DNA of 28,859 bases from a virus. Lineage: Duplodnaviria; Caudoviricetes. The DNA lies in IMG/VR virus record IMGVR_UViG_3300028293_000022, positions 1 through 28,859 of that record; one strand, written 5' to 3'. Each line of letters opens with the position of its first letter. Position 1 is the stretch's first letter. Position numbers and translations under genes: made by a program. Below, one piece after another: positions 15,819-26,011 of this stretch. Under the pieces are notes generated by a model that was not told the origin of the DNA, did no database searches, and saw only the letters and a program-made list of their open reading frames with translations.

Positions 15819-18253
15819 TGGCTGGAGAAATCGCACCCATAATGGAACGTCAAGTAAAACTGGATAATACTACAGCTCCAGCTCCATATACCCAATCATT
15901 CGATAGCATGGCATTGTCGCCAACAGCTCTTGGAACATTTGGCGCACAACTGGCAATAACAGCATCGACTACATTGGCTCAAAAAAGTGGTTACGAAGCA
16001 GGAAAAAATCCCCATGGCTCGTTGTTGCCACCCTTAACTCAAACTGACAAGGCATTTGCAGATGCCTATATTACGCAATCTCAGAATACGCTTGGTCTAC
16101 AAGCCACGAAATTAATGCAGGAAGGTCAGGCAACATTGGCGAAGGCTTGGCGTTTAACGCCTGATATGCTCTCTGAATATACGAAAAACATGAGCCAAGG
16201 CTTGAATGACATTATCAATAATGCACCCCTTCAGGCGCAACCAGGATTAGCCGCTCAATTTAATAATTCTCTCATGCAGTCTACAGGAAGCCTTAATCAA
16301 AAGATGATAGGGCAGCAAAAACAGCAAGCTTTACAAAATGCCACTCTTTTTAACAATAGTCAGTTATCTGCAATCTATGAAGCCACGCGAAATGGAAATT
16401 TTGAAGCTGCCGACAAGATGCAAGCTGATATGTTGGCACGTACCAAATCTATGTCAGGTTCTGGCATGATTACACCCTTGCAAGCAGAATCAACGGCCAA
16501 ATCAGCACGTATGGCTTATTACTCAGGAAAGTATACAGGTCAAGCTTTAAAAGCCTTTGATGTCAAAGAGTCAGATGAATATCTGGCTAATTTACTGGAT
16601 ATGAAACCTGCCGGTATGAATTCGCTTGAATGGGAAAGTATCGCTAAAACCGTAATGGGTGAAGTCGCGTTACAGGAATCTTTCCAGCAACGCAATGAAA
16701 CGAGTCTCTATTCCGAAGCAAACAGACTATTGAATGAAGGCACATTAACCCCGGATTTTATAGCCCAACTTGAATCTGAAACTACGAATAAGCCAAAATT
16801 CAATAATTTTATGGCCCAAGTTGCTACCTACCAGCGTAAGCACTTCAAGAGTAACGAAGCTGTAGCAGGTCTTATTCCAAATTGGACAAAACCATATGTA
16901 ATGGCCACGGCCAGCAATAAGACAAAGAACATGGCTTTGTTACAAGCCGGTCAGGATGTACAGCAACGAGCTGCCGACAATGGACGAAGCCTTGATGACT
17001 TTGAGGCACAAGCTGAAGCTATGTCTACAGCCGGTAGTCCGGTTCAAGACTTCACCAAACAAATGAATGCAGGATTTTTATCTGGCAATCCTCAACTCAT
17101 GACCAGAAATCTCAATGCTTATCGCGCATTGACCAAATCAAATCCCAAAGTTTTGAATGACATTAGCCCAGATGCAGAAGCAATGATGAATCAATTTGAA
17201 TCACAAATGGAGAATGGAAATGCACCAGATGTGGCCGCTCAAAATGCTAGTGAAATTGTTCTTAAGAAAACGAAAGAACAGAGGGAAATTAATACTGAGT
17301 TGGTCAAAGAATGGCGAGATAAAAATGTTAATACTCCATCAAAGCGCAATTCTTGGGCTTCTGGCTTCGCTGATCTTACTGATGGGGCCAAGATAAATAA
17401 TCTGCCAGCTTTTGCTATTCACCTACAGCATATTTATGAATCCAATCTGGCTTTGCAGAATGGCGATAAAATCAGTGCTGACAAGATGACAAAGGACGGG
17501 ATTGACAGGGCTTGGGGTGTAACCAATATCAATGGCAAGCCTGAATATGTATTCCAGCCTGTTGAACAAACCTTGGGACTTGATGCGGGTGCTAATCCTT
17601 TAATCAAGCATGATATCTATCAACAGATAGAAAAACAGATTGCGCCCATGAAGGAAGCTTTTGACAAGGGTGTTGAGGCGAAAGATCAACGTTTGAGTTT
17701 TTTTTATAGGCTCGCGCCCAGACCTTCCTATGAGCAGTTCAGAGATGCCCAGAAAACTATAGCCAAAAAGTCAAAAGAAAAAACAGACAGGAATGTGTCC
17801 CAAACTGGAGGATTAACTCCTGTAAGCTCCATAGCTCCTGAAGACAAAGAATTCAACGAGGCAATAAACACAGTTAACCAATTCAAGAACGAAAATATCA
17901 AGATTGAAAAAGTCTATGCTGACAAACGTGTCGAGCCATTCGATCTGGCTATACAGGCCAATCCCGGATTGCAGCAGGACGCACAAGGGAATCTCGGTAG
18001 TTACAATGTTTCAATCAGAATGAACAATGGTCCTAATGCGCCGATGGCAGGATGGTTTGCAGGCCCATTAAGCGAACCCGTCTACATGCCTAACCAGCAA
18101 CAAATCCGCGATAGATACTTTGAACTGGTTGGATTAAATCCAAGTGGCATGACAGCCGCTGAAATGAATAAGGCAAGAGTGGATCGCAAAAATTTCTACA
18201 AGCAGGAAGGTCTGGACGAGAGTATTAATAGATATGGACGAGGGTTTCATTAA
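15818..18253 (+). CDS. internal virion/ejection protein (T7 gp15-like)
   Basis: About 811 aa, helical A/Q/N-rich; TAATG coupling at both ends; call is from synteny. Confidence 0.6.
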   Translation: MAGEIAPIMERQVKLDNTTAPAPYTQSFDSMALSPTALGTFGAQLAITASTTLAQKSGYEAGKNPHGSLLPPLTQTDKAFADAYITQSQNTLGLQATKLMQEGQATLAKAWRLTPDMLSEYTKNMSQGLNDIINNAPLQAQPGLAAQFNNSLMQSTGSLNQKMIGQQKQQALQNATLFNNSQLSAIYEATRNGNFEAADKMQADMLARTKSMSGSGMITPLQAESTAKSARMAYYSGKYTGQALKAFDVKESDEYLANLLDMKPAGMNSLEWESIAKTVMGEVALQESFQQRNETSLYSEANRLLNEGTLTPDFIAQLESETTNKPKFNNFMAQVATYQRKHFKSNEAVAGLIPNWTKPYVMATASNKTKNMALLQAGQDVQQRAADNGRSLDDFEAQAEAMSTAGSPVQDFTKQMNAGFLSGNPQLMTRNLNAYRALTKSNPKVLNDISPDAEAMMNQFESQMENGNAPDVAAQNASEIVLKKTKEQREINTELVKEWRDKNVNTPSKRNSWASGFADLTDGAKINNLPAFAIHLQHIYESNLALQNGDKISADKMTKDGIDRAWGVTNINGKPEYVFQPVEQTLGLDAGANPLIKHDIYQQIEKQIAPMKEAFDKGVEAKDQRLSFFYRLAPRPSYEQFRDAQKTIAKKSKEKTDRNVSQTGGLTPVSSIAPEDKEFNEAINTVNQFKNENIKIEKVYADKRVEPFDLAIQANPGLQQDAQGNLGSYNVSIRMNNGPNAPMAGWFAGPLSEPVYMPNQQQIRDRYFELVGLNPSGMTAAEMNKARVDRKNFYKQEGLDESINRYGRGFH

Positions 18254-21200
18254 TGTCCATAAATCCTGAATTCAAACCAATAGAGGACTTTTACAGCAAT
18301 GAACAAAAGCCTTTATCAATGCCAGAATTACCAGCCGAGGCATATCGTGATGATCCGGGCACAATGCTCATGCCTTCAGAGGCTCCAGTTTTACCACAGA
18401 AGGAAGCCCGCAAAAAACCCGGATTCTTTGCAACGATGGGTCATGCCTTCTCTGAATACAACGAATTTGCCCAGCTCGGTCGATATGTAAATCGCGAAGC
18501 TCAATTTGTACATCCGGCTGAAGATGACGTGCCTGATGATTTTAATCCAGATGATATTAAAAATCTCGAAGGTTACCCGCCAAATTATTGGGACTGGATA
18601 AGTGAGGCTCAAAGCCCAAATGAAATCAGAGCGCGTCAGGCTTATGTAATGGATAAAGTTCAGGAGAAAGAATCATATGATAATGGTTCTTTTGCCGCGA
18701 GTCTTATAGGAGGCTTGGGAGCAGCTATATTAAGCCCATCTTCCTATTTGCCATTTGCAGCAGGCGTGAAGTATATGGGACTTGCCGAGAATGTGATAAA
18801 GAACACAATGAAGGCAGCCCCTTCTTTGGCTCTTCAAACAGTTGCGCATGAGGGATTCATGCAAGCCACGGACGCAGGAGGAAATCTTGAGGACTTCGCT
18901 ATTAACTCTCTACGTGATGCTGCTTTTGGTGCTGCTTTCATTGCAGGCGGTGCTGGTCTTGGTGTTGCTTACCGCGGTGGTAAACTCTGGAATGTTAGAA
19001 AGGCCGCGAATTTTAACTATGAAGGAGTTGAATTCAACCACGTTATTGACCCTAAAACCAACGAGCTTACTGGAGAAATCAAAGCCAGTGCCGCACCTGG
19101 ATTTAGCTTAAGTGCTGCCAAGGTTGAACAGGCCCAGCAATTTGCTGACGCGGCTATGCATCAAGGATTTTTGTTTGGAATTCCCGGAGTCAGCAAACTT
19201 GCGGGTAACTCGATTCTTGGTAGTCCTATTGTTAAAGGGTTATCAAATCGATTTGAAACCATACGTGGTTTGACTGACAGACTTGCCACACATTCCATTA
19301 TTACCAAAGGGACTATGGAAGGAAAAGCACGGGCTGATTCCGCTGAGGATATATTCTCAGCTATCAATGCGGGATCGGTAGATTTTAATTTGAGATATCG
19401 CAGTCACTTTTTGGAAGAAAACGGCATTGAAGGAGGCTATAACGTCCGGAATGCCACAAAGGCTTTATCCCAGCGCGCATTGAAAGGCCAAAGAACCACT
19501 TGGGAGGACTTTAATTACAAGGTTGTCGATGCGACTATCACACAGGAATTTAATTACTCCAAGAGCATAAATGCCGCTTCCAAGGCATATACAGAATATA
19601 CCGACGCCATATACAAAGAGTTGCAGCAGGTTCGGGGATTTGATCCAGAGATTCTGAAACCAATAAATGCGCATGGTTATTTTACACAGAACATGGATAA
19701 CATGGCCTTGGTTAAATACGCACCAAAATTCCGGGAAGTTGTGGCGAATGAATTTAAAAGACAGGACGCCATATTGAATGATATTACGCGTCCCCTTGAA
19801 GAAGCTCAGGCATTTTTAGACCAATTGGAAACTCATAAATTATCTGGAGAAGCTTATGACAGAAGTGCCGCCAACGAAATCAAAGAGGCAAGAGAACGAG
19901 TTAATGTGGCTCGAAGAGAAATCGAGCGACAAGCCCGGGACGAAGAAGATGTGGCGATATTACTGGACGATCGTAACTTTGTTACCATGGATAATGCACA
20001 AAAAATTCGTGACCTTCATGCGCCGATTAATGAAGCTCAAAAACTGGTAAACATTCAAAAAGGCGATATTACAAAGCTTAAGTCAAAATTATCTTCAGCA
20101 AAATCTTCAGCTAAAAAAAATGTAACGAAAGAGGCTACACTTCGTAATATTGATAAAATGAAGACGCTTGAAAAAGAAATTGAAGCCGCTGAATCAAACC
20201 TCCGGGAACTGTCAAATAATGTAGATGAGTTGACTGATGAATTACACCAGCGCGCTCACAAAGGTGAGATTGATCAAAAGCTCTTTACAAAAGACCAGAA
20301 CATTATTAACTTCAGAAATCCTGATGAATGGGCCAGATTCAGAAAACCATTTGCCAATGACAACGAGCGAATTGCTGCCGCTGAGGCTCAGAGAAATCTT
20401 TATCTTAATAATACAACAGAGCAAATTCAGCAATCATTGCTAGGTTCGATGATGCCAAGTCTGTTTGCAAATCCTTTGAAAAAAAGAACATTTCCGATTC
20501 CAGCCAAAGTTTTAAATGATGCGAGATTTATTGCATCCGATGTTCCAAAAGCCGCATCCTCTTATGCCCGCGCTCTTGGCCGTCACATAGCCTTGGGAAA
20601 GGTTTTCAAGGATATAAATATGTTTGAAGGAGAAATGGGGCCAATAGGGATGGCGCGCGTTTTGGGTGAGGAACGTGCCAAAATTGAAAAGGGAATTGAT
20701 GAGAACAAACATTTAACCGAGGAGCAACGTGGTAAAGAACGAATAAAGCTAGATAACGATTTTAGAAAAGCCACGCAGTTCATGAAAAATATGCTGGATG
20801 CTTTTATGGGACGTTCCAATGCTTCAGCCAGTACATTAAGAGTAACCAGAGCCATTAAGAATTTTGCAGCAGCCACAAAGCTTGGAGGCGTTCCAATAGC
20901 TCAGATTACTGATACTGGGGCAATTGTACTTAAGCATGGCTTATGGCCATACCTTCGCGATGGCTTGAAACCCATGATTCAAACCCTGAATGGTTATGTG
21001 AAATCAGACTTGTCAGAAATTCAAAGAAGAAACTCCGCAGATGCTTTGCTTTCCCTTCAGCACATGGAGAATGGGTACAGCACAAAATATTCAGATAATC
21101 TTTCAGTAGGTGATGTTCCAATTGCCACACATTTGGAGAGTGCGCTCGAAAAGGTTGGCCATATATCAGGTAACTTCTATGGCACAAACTTTATTGAAAA

Positions 21201-22053
21201 TGCAAATCAGCGTGTAACAGCCGGAATCATGCAATCAAAAATCATGCGTCATATGTATGATTTTAAAAATGGAACTTTATCAAAAACAGATGAACTTGGA
21301 CTTTTGCAATATGGATTAGACCCAAAAATTTGGTCTGACAGGTTTATAAAATCATTTGAAGACGGTTCAGGTTGGAAAACCAAATCAGGAGCCTATCAAT
21401 CAAAGTACTGGGAATGGGCTGATAATGAAGCCGTATCCAGAATGGCTATGTCAATACGCCGAGGTGTCAATGACACTATCGTCCAAAGAGGGCTTTTTAC
21501 ATCTCCTTTTTGGACAAATAATCCAGTTCTTGGCATGATTTTCATGTTCCATGGCTGGGGATTTGCAGCATTCAATAAGTACACTGTACCCATGATGCAA
21601 CGTCCAGATGCTTATAAATTACAAGGTATTATCTTCATGCTGGGTTTGGGTGCTATGATTGACCCATTAAGGAAACTTGCCAATGGCAAAAAGGCTGATG
21701 TCGATAATGACGACACATGGTTTGGTAAGGCATTTGAGACAGTTTCTAATTCAGGACTTTTAGGCCATACACCAGATTTGCTTCAAACCATGAACAAGTT
21801 TTTAGGTGGTCAATTATTGCCGAAAACCACTGAAAAATTTCAGGGTTGGAATAAATGGAGTGTACTGGGTCCGGGCGCCGGTATTGCAGATGATATAGCA
21901 ACAATACTTTCCCATTGTATGGGGCCAGATAAAAAATTTACTACAAGTGACGCAAAGAAGTCTATTCGACTGGTTCCATTAACTGGAAGTCTTGCAACCA
22001 GAGGATTATTAAACCAATGGGCTGAATCATTGGGATTGCCTGATAGACAATAG
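18253..22053 (+). CDS. large internal virion/ejection protein (T7 gp16-like)
   Basis: 1266 aa, helical, with Gly/Ala hydrophobic segments; last gene before the tail fibre. Confidence 0.65.
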   Translation: MSINPEFKPIEDFYSNEQKPLSMPELPAEAYRDDPGTMLMPSEAPVLPQKEARKKPGFFATMGHAFSEYNEFAQLGRYVNREAQFVHPAEDDVPDDFNPDDIKNLEGYPPNYWDWISEAQSPNEIRARQAYVMDKVQEKESYDNGSFAASLIGGLGAAILSPSSYLPFAAGVKYMGLAENVIKNTMKAAPSLALQTVAHEGFMQATDAGGNLEDFAINSLRDAAFGAAFIAGGAGLGVAYRGGKLWNVRKAANFNYEGVEFNHVIDPKTNELTGEIKASAAPGFSLSAAKVEQAQQFADAAMHQGFLFGIPGVSKLAGNSILGSPIVKGLSNRFETIRGLTDRLATHSIITKGTMEGKARADSAEDIFSAINAGSVDFNLRYRSHFLEENGIEGGYNVRNATKALSQRALKGQRTTWEDFNYKVVDATITQEFNYSKSINAASKAYTEYTDAIYKELQQVRGFDPEILKPINAHGYFTQNMDNMALVKYAPKFREVVANEFKRQDAILNDITRPLEEAQAFLDQLETHKLSGEAYDRSAANEIKEARERVNVARREIERQARDEEDVAILLDDRNFVTMDNAQKIRDLHAPINEAQKLVNIQKGDITKLKSKLSSAKSSAKKNVTKEATLRNIDKMKTLEKEIEAAESNLRELSNNVDELTDELHQRAHKGEIDQKLFTKDQNIINFRNPDEWARFRKPFANDNERIAAAEAQRNLYLNNTTEQIQQSLLGSMMPSLFANPLKKRTFPIPAKVLNDARFIASDVPKAASSYARALGRHIALGKVFKDINMFEGEMGPIGMARVLGEERAKIEKGIDENKHLTEEQRGKERIKLDNDFRKATQFMKNMLDAFMGRSNASASTLRVTRAIKNFAAATKLGGVPIAQITDTGAIVLKHGLWPYLRDGLKPMIQTLNGYVKSDLSEIQRRNSADALLSLQHMENGYSTKYSDNLSVGDVPIATHLESALEKVGHISGNFYGTNFIENANQRVTAGIMQSKIMRHMYDFKNGTLSKTDELGLLQYGLDPKIWSDRFIKSFEDGSGWKTKSGAYQSKYWEWADNEAVSRMAMSIRRGVNDTIVQRGLFTSPFWTNNPVLGMIFMFHGWGFAAFNKYTVPMMQRPDAYKLQGIIFMLGLGAMIDPLRKLANGKKADVDNDDTWFGKAFETVSNSGLLGHTPDLLQTMNKFLGGQLLPKTTEKFQGWNKWSVLGPGAGIADDIATILSHCMGPDKKFTTSDAKKSIRLVPLTGSLATRGLLNQWAESLGLPDRQ

Positions 22054-22079
22054 GACAGGGGTACTCAGGGAGATGAGAA

Positions 22080-24842
22080 ATGACCCAGGTGATTATAGAT
22101 GACATCATTCCACGTACCCAGCTCGTGGCAACAAGTGGACAAACAGTTTTCAATACAAACTGGACAGCCGACGTTGCCTCAGACATTCTCGTTTATGCGA
22201 GAAGTGTTGGTATTGAGCCTGATGATTCTACACAACTTGTAAGTGATGTTGATTACAATGTGACATTCATAGGTGGTAGTCAGACAGTACGTGTCACTTT
22301 TCTCGTAGGCCGCGTTATTAATGATGTTATTACCATTGTTCGGAATACCCCAGCCGAAAGATTGAATCTCTATATCAATACTAATTTCACGCCCATCATG
22401 CTTAATCAGGACTTTGGGATATTAACCCTCGTCGACCAGCAAGCTCAAATGTACGATGTTGTGGTTAATCCGGGATATAACGTATCTGCAACTATAGACC
22501 CTATTGTCGATACAGTATTACCAATTCTTGATGAACTTCAAGTCTGGGTAATGAATTACGGAAGAACTGGCATTGTAGCTATGCCTTATAATTCAGGAGG
22601 AGGTGGAGGAGGTGCCCCTGCCGATGCAACCTATATTCTCCAGCATGCTGATGCTATCTTGCCTAATGCCCAGAACCTTGATGCATTGGCTACAGGCTTT
22701 ATGTATAACACAAATTTAACAGGTGTTATAGGAAGCCGGGTATTAACTGGAACCTCAAATCAGATAGATATTGCCAATGGTTCAGGTGCGGCTGGCAATC
22801 CCACCTTAACAATTTCATCAACATTGAATTTGCCTGGCACCTTTTCAATTCAGTCATCTACCGTCATTAATCAAATTATTAATGACCCGACAATGGCAGC
22901 TTCAACAACTTCTAATTTGAGCACAAGTGCAGCTCTTAAATCCTATATTGATTCTTTGGTTGTGGGCTTAAGCGTAAAAGGCTCTTGCGTTGCTGGTACC
23001 ACCACAGCATTAACAGCAAACTATTCCAATGGCGCGGCTGGCGTCGGGGCTTCCCTTACAAATGCTACTACGCAAGCTACATTTACCATTGATGGTGTGA
23101 TCCCTTCTGTAGGTCAGCGTGTATTAATCAAAAATCAGGCTTCAAGTTTCCAGAATGGAATTTACACAGTGACCGATGCAGGTAGCGGTTCAACCAACTG
23201 GGTTCTTACCCGTGCTACAGACTACGATACCACGGCTGAAATTCATCCAGGGGATTTGGTAATCCTGACGGGTGGCACAACACAAAATCAATCCTCATGG
23301 ATTGAAACGGCAACGGTAAATACCATCGGCACCGATGCTATAACCTTTGTTCAATTTACTGCAAGTTTACCAGTTAACGTCGCAAGCGGAGGAACCGGAC
23401 GTACAACCTTCACCGCTTACGCCCCAATTGTCGGTGGCACCACAACGACTGGATCACTTCAACAGGTAACCACAGGCTTAAGTACATCCAATGCCCCCAT
23501 GGTTTCCCAAGGAGCCTCTGCGGTTCCGATATTCTCTACAACACCTTACCTGACATCGGTTAACGATATCAGCGGTAATATAAATGCTGCCTTCGTTTCT
23601 GGCGGGGCACTTTCAGTCAATTACGTTCAATTCGTAAGTGGACTTACAGGAGCTGCGGCTGCATTACAGGCCAATGGTTCAGATACAGATGTCGGTCTTA
23701 CAATTGCGACGAAAAATGCTGGAGCCATGGGCTTTCAGACTACTGCAACCTCAAATCAGTATGTATTTTATTCAGGTGCTGCTTATCAACACTCCAGCAT
23801 TATGTCATTCCCGTCTACGGCGGTAGCAAGAACCTACACTTGGCCTGACGCAACTGGAACGGTCGCATTAACCTCCGGAGCTTCCGGAATTATTAACTCA
23901 GGATTAATCAATCAACTAGCATATTATGCTGCCGCTGGCACAACATTGTCCGGGTTGGCAACGGCAAATAGTGGGGTCCTGATCACTGATGGTTCAGGTG
24001 TTCCATCTATCAGTACCACGTTGCCGAATATGCATATTGGAACCCCTATTGACGGCGTTTTAACTAACTGTACTGGATTGCCATTAACTACGGGGGTTAC
24101 TGGAAATCTTGGAGTATCACACCTGAATTCAGGAACAGCCGCCTCATCTTCAACATTCTGGCGCGGTGATGGGACTTGGGCCTCTCCTACTGGCACAGGG
24201 TTCTTAAGCATGACTGTTCAGGTATTCACAGGTAATGGAACCTATACCCCTACCGCTGGTATGCTGTACTGCACACTTGAAGTTGTTGGAGGCGGTGGGG
24301 CTGGTGGCGGGGCCGCTGGAGGCGCGGGAGTTTTTGCCGCAGGCGGTGGAGGCGGAGGCGGGGGCTATTCGCGAAAAACTGTTCCAGCCGCTACAATCGG
24401 TGGTTCTCAAACAGTTACCATTGGTGCCGGGGGAACAGCCGGGACTACCGGAAATCACCCGGGCAATGCAGGCGGAACAACTTCTGTTGGTTCAATTGTA
24501 ACGGCCACCGGTGGAGGAGGTGGAGGCGGCTCCGGGGCTGGCGGGGCAACGGGACAAGCATTAGGCGGCCCTGGGGTGGGAGGAGTTGGAGGTTCTGGAG
24601 ATTTTAATGCCAATGGTGGCGCAGGAATATGGGGTTTTTCACTTGGTGGTGTAAATGGATTGACAGGTAAAGGCGGAGATTCTATTTTTGGTGGTGGTGC
24701 CGTGCAAAATGCAGGATCAACCGGAGCAACCGGTACCACATACGGTGGAGGCGGTGCTGGTGGTGGTGTGGCTAACTCAGCCGGCACCGTTCAAGGTGGA
24801 CCGGGAGCCGCAGGCATAGCCATAATCACAGAATTTATTTAA
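22080..24842 (+). CDS. tail fibre / receptor-binding protein with Gly-rich C-terminal domain
   Basis: gp17-like N-terminal adaptor ([23 protein letters not shown]...QQ); [20 protein letters not shown] module; [10 protein letters not shown]; [13 protein letters not shown]...VVGGGGAGG domain. Confidence 0.85.
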   Translation: MTQVIIDDIIPRTQLVATSGQTVFNTNWTADVASDILVYARSVGIEPDDSTQLVSDVDYNVTFIGGSQTVRVTFLVGRVINDVITIVRNTPAERLNLYINTNFTPIMLNQDFGILTLVDQQAQMYDVVVNPGYNVSATIDPIVDTVLPILDELQVWVMNYGRTGIVAMPYNSGGGGGGAPADATYILQHADAILPNAQNLDALATGFMYNTNLTGVIGSRVLTGTSNQIDIANGSGAAGNPTLTISSTLNLPGTFSIQSSTVINQIINDPTMAASTTSNLSTSAALKSYIDSLVVGLSVKGSCVAGTTTALTANYSNGAAGVGASLTNATTQATFTIDGVIPSVGQRVLIKNQASSFQNGIYTVTDAGSGSTNWVLTRATDYDTTAEIHPGDLVILTGGTTQNQSSWIETATVNTIGTDAITFVQFTASLPVNVASGGTGRTTFTAYAPIVGGTTTTGSLQQVTTGLSTSNAPMVSQGASAVPIFSTTPYLTSVNDISGNINAAFVSGGALSVNYVQFVSGLTGAAAALQANGSDTDVGLTIATKNAGAMGFQTTATSNQYVFYSGAAYQHSSIMSFPSTAVARTYTWPDATGTVALTSGASGIINSGLINQLAYYAAAGTTLSGLATANSGVLITDGSGVPSISTTLPNMHIGTPIDGVLTNCTGLPLTTGVTGNLGVSHLNSGTAASSSTFWRGDGTWASPTGTGFLSMTVQVFTGNGTYTPTAGMLYCTLEVVGGGGAGGGAAGGAGVFAAGGGGGGGGYSRKTVPAATIGGSQTVTIGAGGTAGTTGNHPGNAGGTTSVGSIVTATGGGGGGGSGAGGATGQALGGPGVGGVGGSGDFNANGGAGIWGFSLGGVNGLTGKGGDSIFGGGAVQNAGSTGATGTTYGGGGAGGGVANSAGTVQGGPGAAGIAIITEFI

Positions 24843-24854
24843 AAGGAGTAAAAA

Positions 24855-25133
24855 TTGGACAAAGCAGATATTGAAAAAAGATTAAATACAATCGTAACTG
24901 AAATGACACAAATGAGAAATAATTATACAATGCTTGAAGGGCATTTAAACGAATGCCGACACTGGCTTGTGGAGATTGAAAAAAAGGAGAGTGCAAATGG
25001 CGAAATTAACAACGAAGGAACGGAACAAAATTCCGAGCAAGGACTTTGCGGAACCGAAGGAGAGGAAATACCCGATGGAGGACCGGAGCCACGCAGCGAA
25101 TGCGAAAGCCCGTGCCCAGCAACAGTACAATAA
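24855..25133 (+). CDS. small coiled-coil protein after the tail fibre (possible fibre chaperone); 3' half overlaps the next gene
   Basis: AAGGAG then TTG start; heptad-like N-terminal half. Confidence 0.55.
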   Translation: MDKADIEKRLNTIVTEMTQMRNNYTMLEGHLNECRHWLVEIEKKESANGEINNEGTEQNSEQGLCGTEGEEIPDGGPEPRSECESPCPATVQ

Positions 25134-25197
25134 AGGCAACCTTTCCAAATCTGAATTGAACAAAATTGATGCTAAAGCTAACAAGAAACTTAAATAA
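24997..25197 (+). CDS. small basic protein (DUF6582-like)
   Basis: AAGGAG RBS; MAKLTTKERNKIPSKDFA.PKERKYPM.D.SHAANA.ARA pattern. Confidence 0.75.
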   Translation: MAKLTTKERNKIPSKDFAEPKERKYPMEDRSHAANAKARAQQQYNKGNLSKSELNKIDAKANKKLK

Positions 25198-25209
25198 AAA
25201 GGAATTAAA

Positions 25210-25332
25210 ATGAAAAAGGATGATATGGCTCAAGACAAAAAACTTGTTAAAAAGGAAATTTCTTCTTACGCCAAGAAGGACAAGAAGGAGGACATGAAGA
25301 TGATGAAACAAATGAAGGGTCGCAAGAAATAA
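25210..25332 (+). CDS. 40-aa Lys/Met-rich protein (not in the ORF track)
   Basis: Hand-translated MKKDDMAQDKKLVKKEISSYAKKDKKEDMKMMKQMKGRKK; AAGGA RBS. Confidence 0.65.
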   Translation: MKKDDMAQDKKLVKKEISSYAKKDKKEDMKMMKQMKGRKK

Positions 25333-25342
25333 GGGGATTAAT

Positions 25343-25474
25343 ATGCCTTTTAAAAGCAAAGCACAAGCACGTTTTATGTTTTCCCAAAAACCAGAACTTG
25401 CTCAGGAGTTTGCCGACAAAACAAAAAGCATTAAAAAATTGCCTGAGAGAGTAAAAAAAAGGAGCAAGAAATGA
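25343..25474 (+). CDS. 43-aa basic protein of the phage MPFKSKAQ type (not in the ORF track)
   Basis: Hand-translated MPFKSKAQARFMFSQKPELAQEFADKTKSIKKLPERVKKRSKK; AAGGGG RBS. Confidence 0.75.
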   Translation: MPFKSKAQARFMFSQKPELAQEFADKTKSIKKLPERVKKRSKK

Positions 25475-25650
25475 AAGGACGCGATTTTAGCGATACTTCA
25501 CCTGTTCGATGTTCACCCACGCTTGTGGATGACAGGGTTCAATACGAGCCGAACTATGATGCCAAGACGCAAACGGGTGTTGAATCTGCCACAATAAAGG
25601 TTGGCAAGAAATGCCCACCGCAATCCAATCAAAAGCCATACAGGCGTTAA
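25471..25650 (+). CDS. 59-aa hypothetical protein (not in the ORF track)
   Basis: MKGRDFSDTSPVRCSPTLVDD...KPYRR; AAGGAG RBS and ATGA overlap. Confidence 0.6.
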   Translation: MKGRDFSDTSPVRCSPTLVDDRVQYEPNYDAKTQTGVESATIKVGKKCPPQSNQKPYRR

Positions 25651-25660
25651 TATTTTTTGA

Positions 25661-26011
25661 ATGACTTTAACGTTTGAATTGCCATGGCCTCCAACTGCCA
25701 ATACCTATTGGCGTAGAAATGGGGATCGTTATTTTATTTCTAAATCCGGCATAGCATATCGGAGAAGTGTTTATTTTTTATGCCGTCCTTTTCAGGGATT
25801 TTTCTCCTCAAATCATAGCCTGAAAATTAACATCCATGCCTATCCACCAGACAAACGCAAACGTGATTTGGATAATCTTGGAAAGGCTTGTATGGATGCT
25901 ATGCAATATGCAAAAGTTTATGACGATGATTCACAAATTGATGAACTTACATTCAAACGTATGCCTGAAAATCTGGACAAGATAGTTGTAACTATTGAGA
26001 GAATCCAATAG
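25661..26011 (+). CDS. rusA: RusA Holliday junction resolvase
   Basis: LPWPPTANTYWR, PPDKRKRDLDNLGK..DAM...VYDDDSQID catalytic motifs. Confidence 0.95.
   Translation: MTLTFELPWPPTANTYWRRNGDRYFISKSGIAYRRSVYFLCRPFQGFFSSNHSLKINIHAYPPDKRKRDLDNLGKACMDAMQYAKVYDDDSQIDELTFKRMPENLDKIVVTIERIQ

Noticed and set aside
24455-24787. Pro-rich antisense ORF and other shadow ORFs within large genes
   Set aside because: By-products of Gly codons and codon bias on the coding strand; no RBS support.
22080-24842. Diversity-generating retroelement or Gin/Cin-type invertible tail-fibre cassette
   Set aside because: No reverse transcriptase, no template/variable repeat pair noticed, and no inverted alternative fibre C-terminus.
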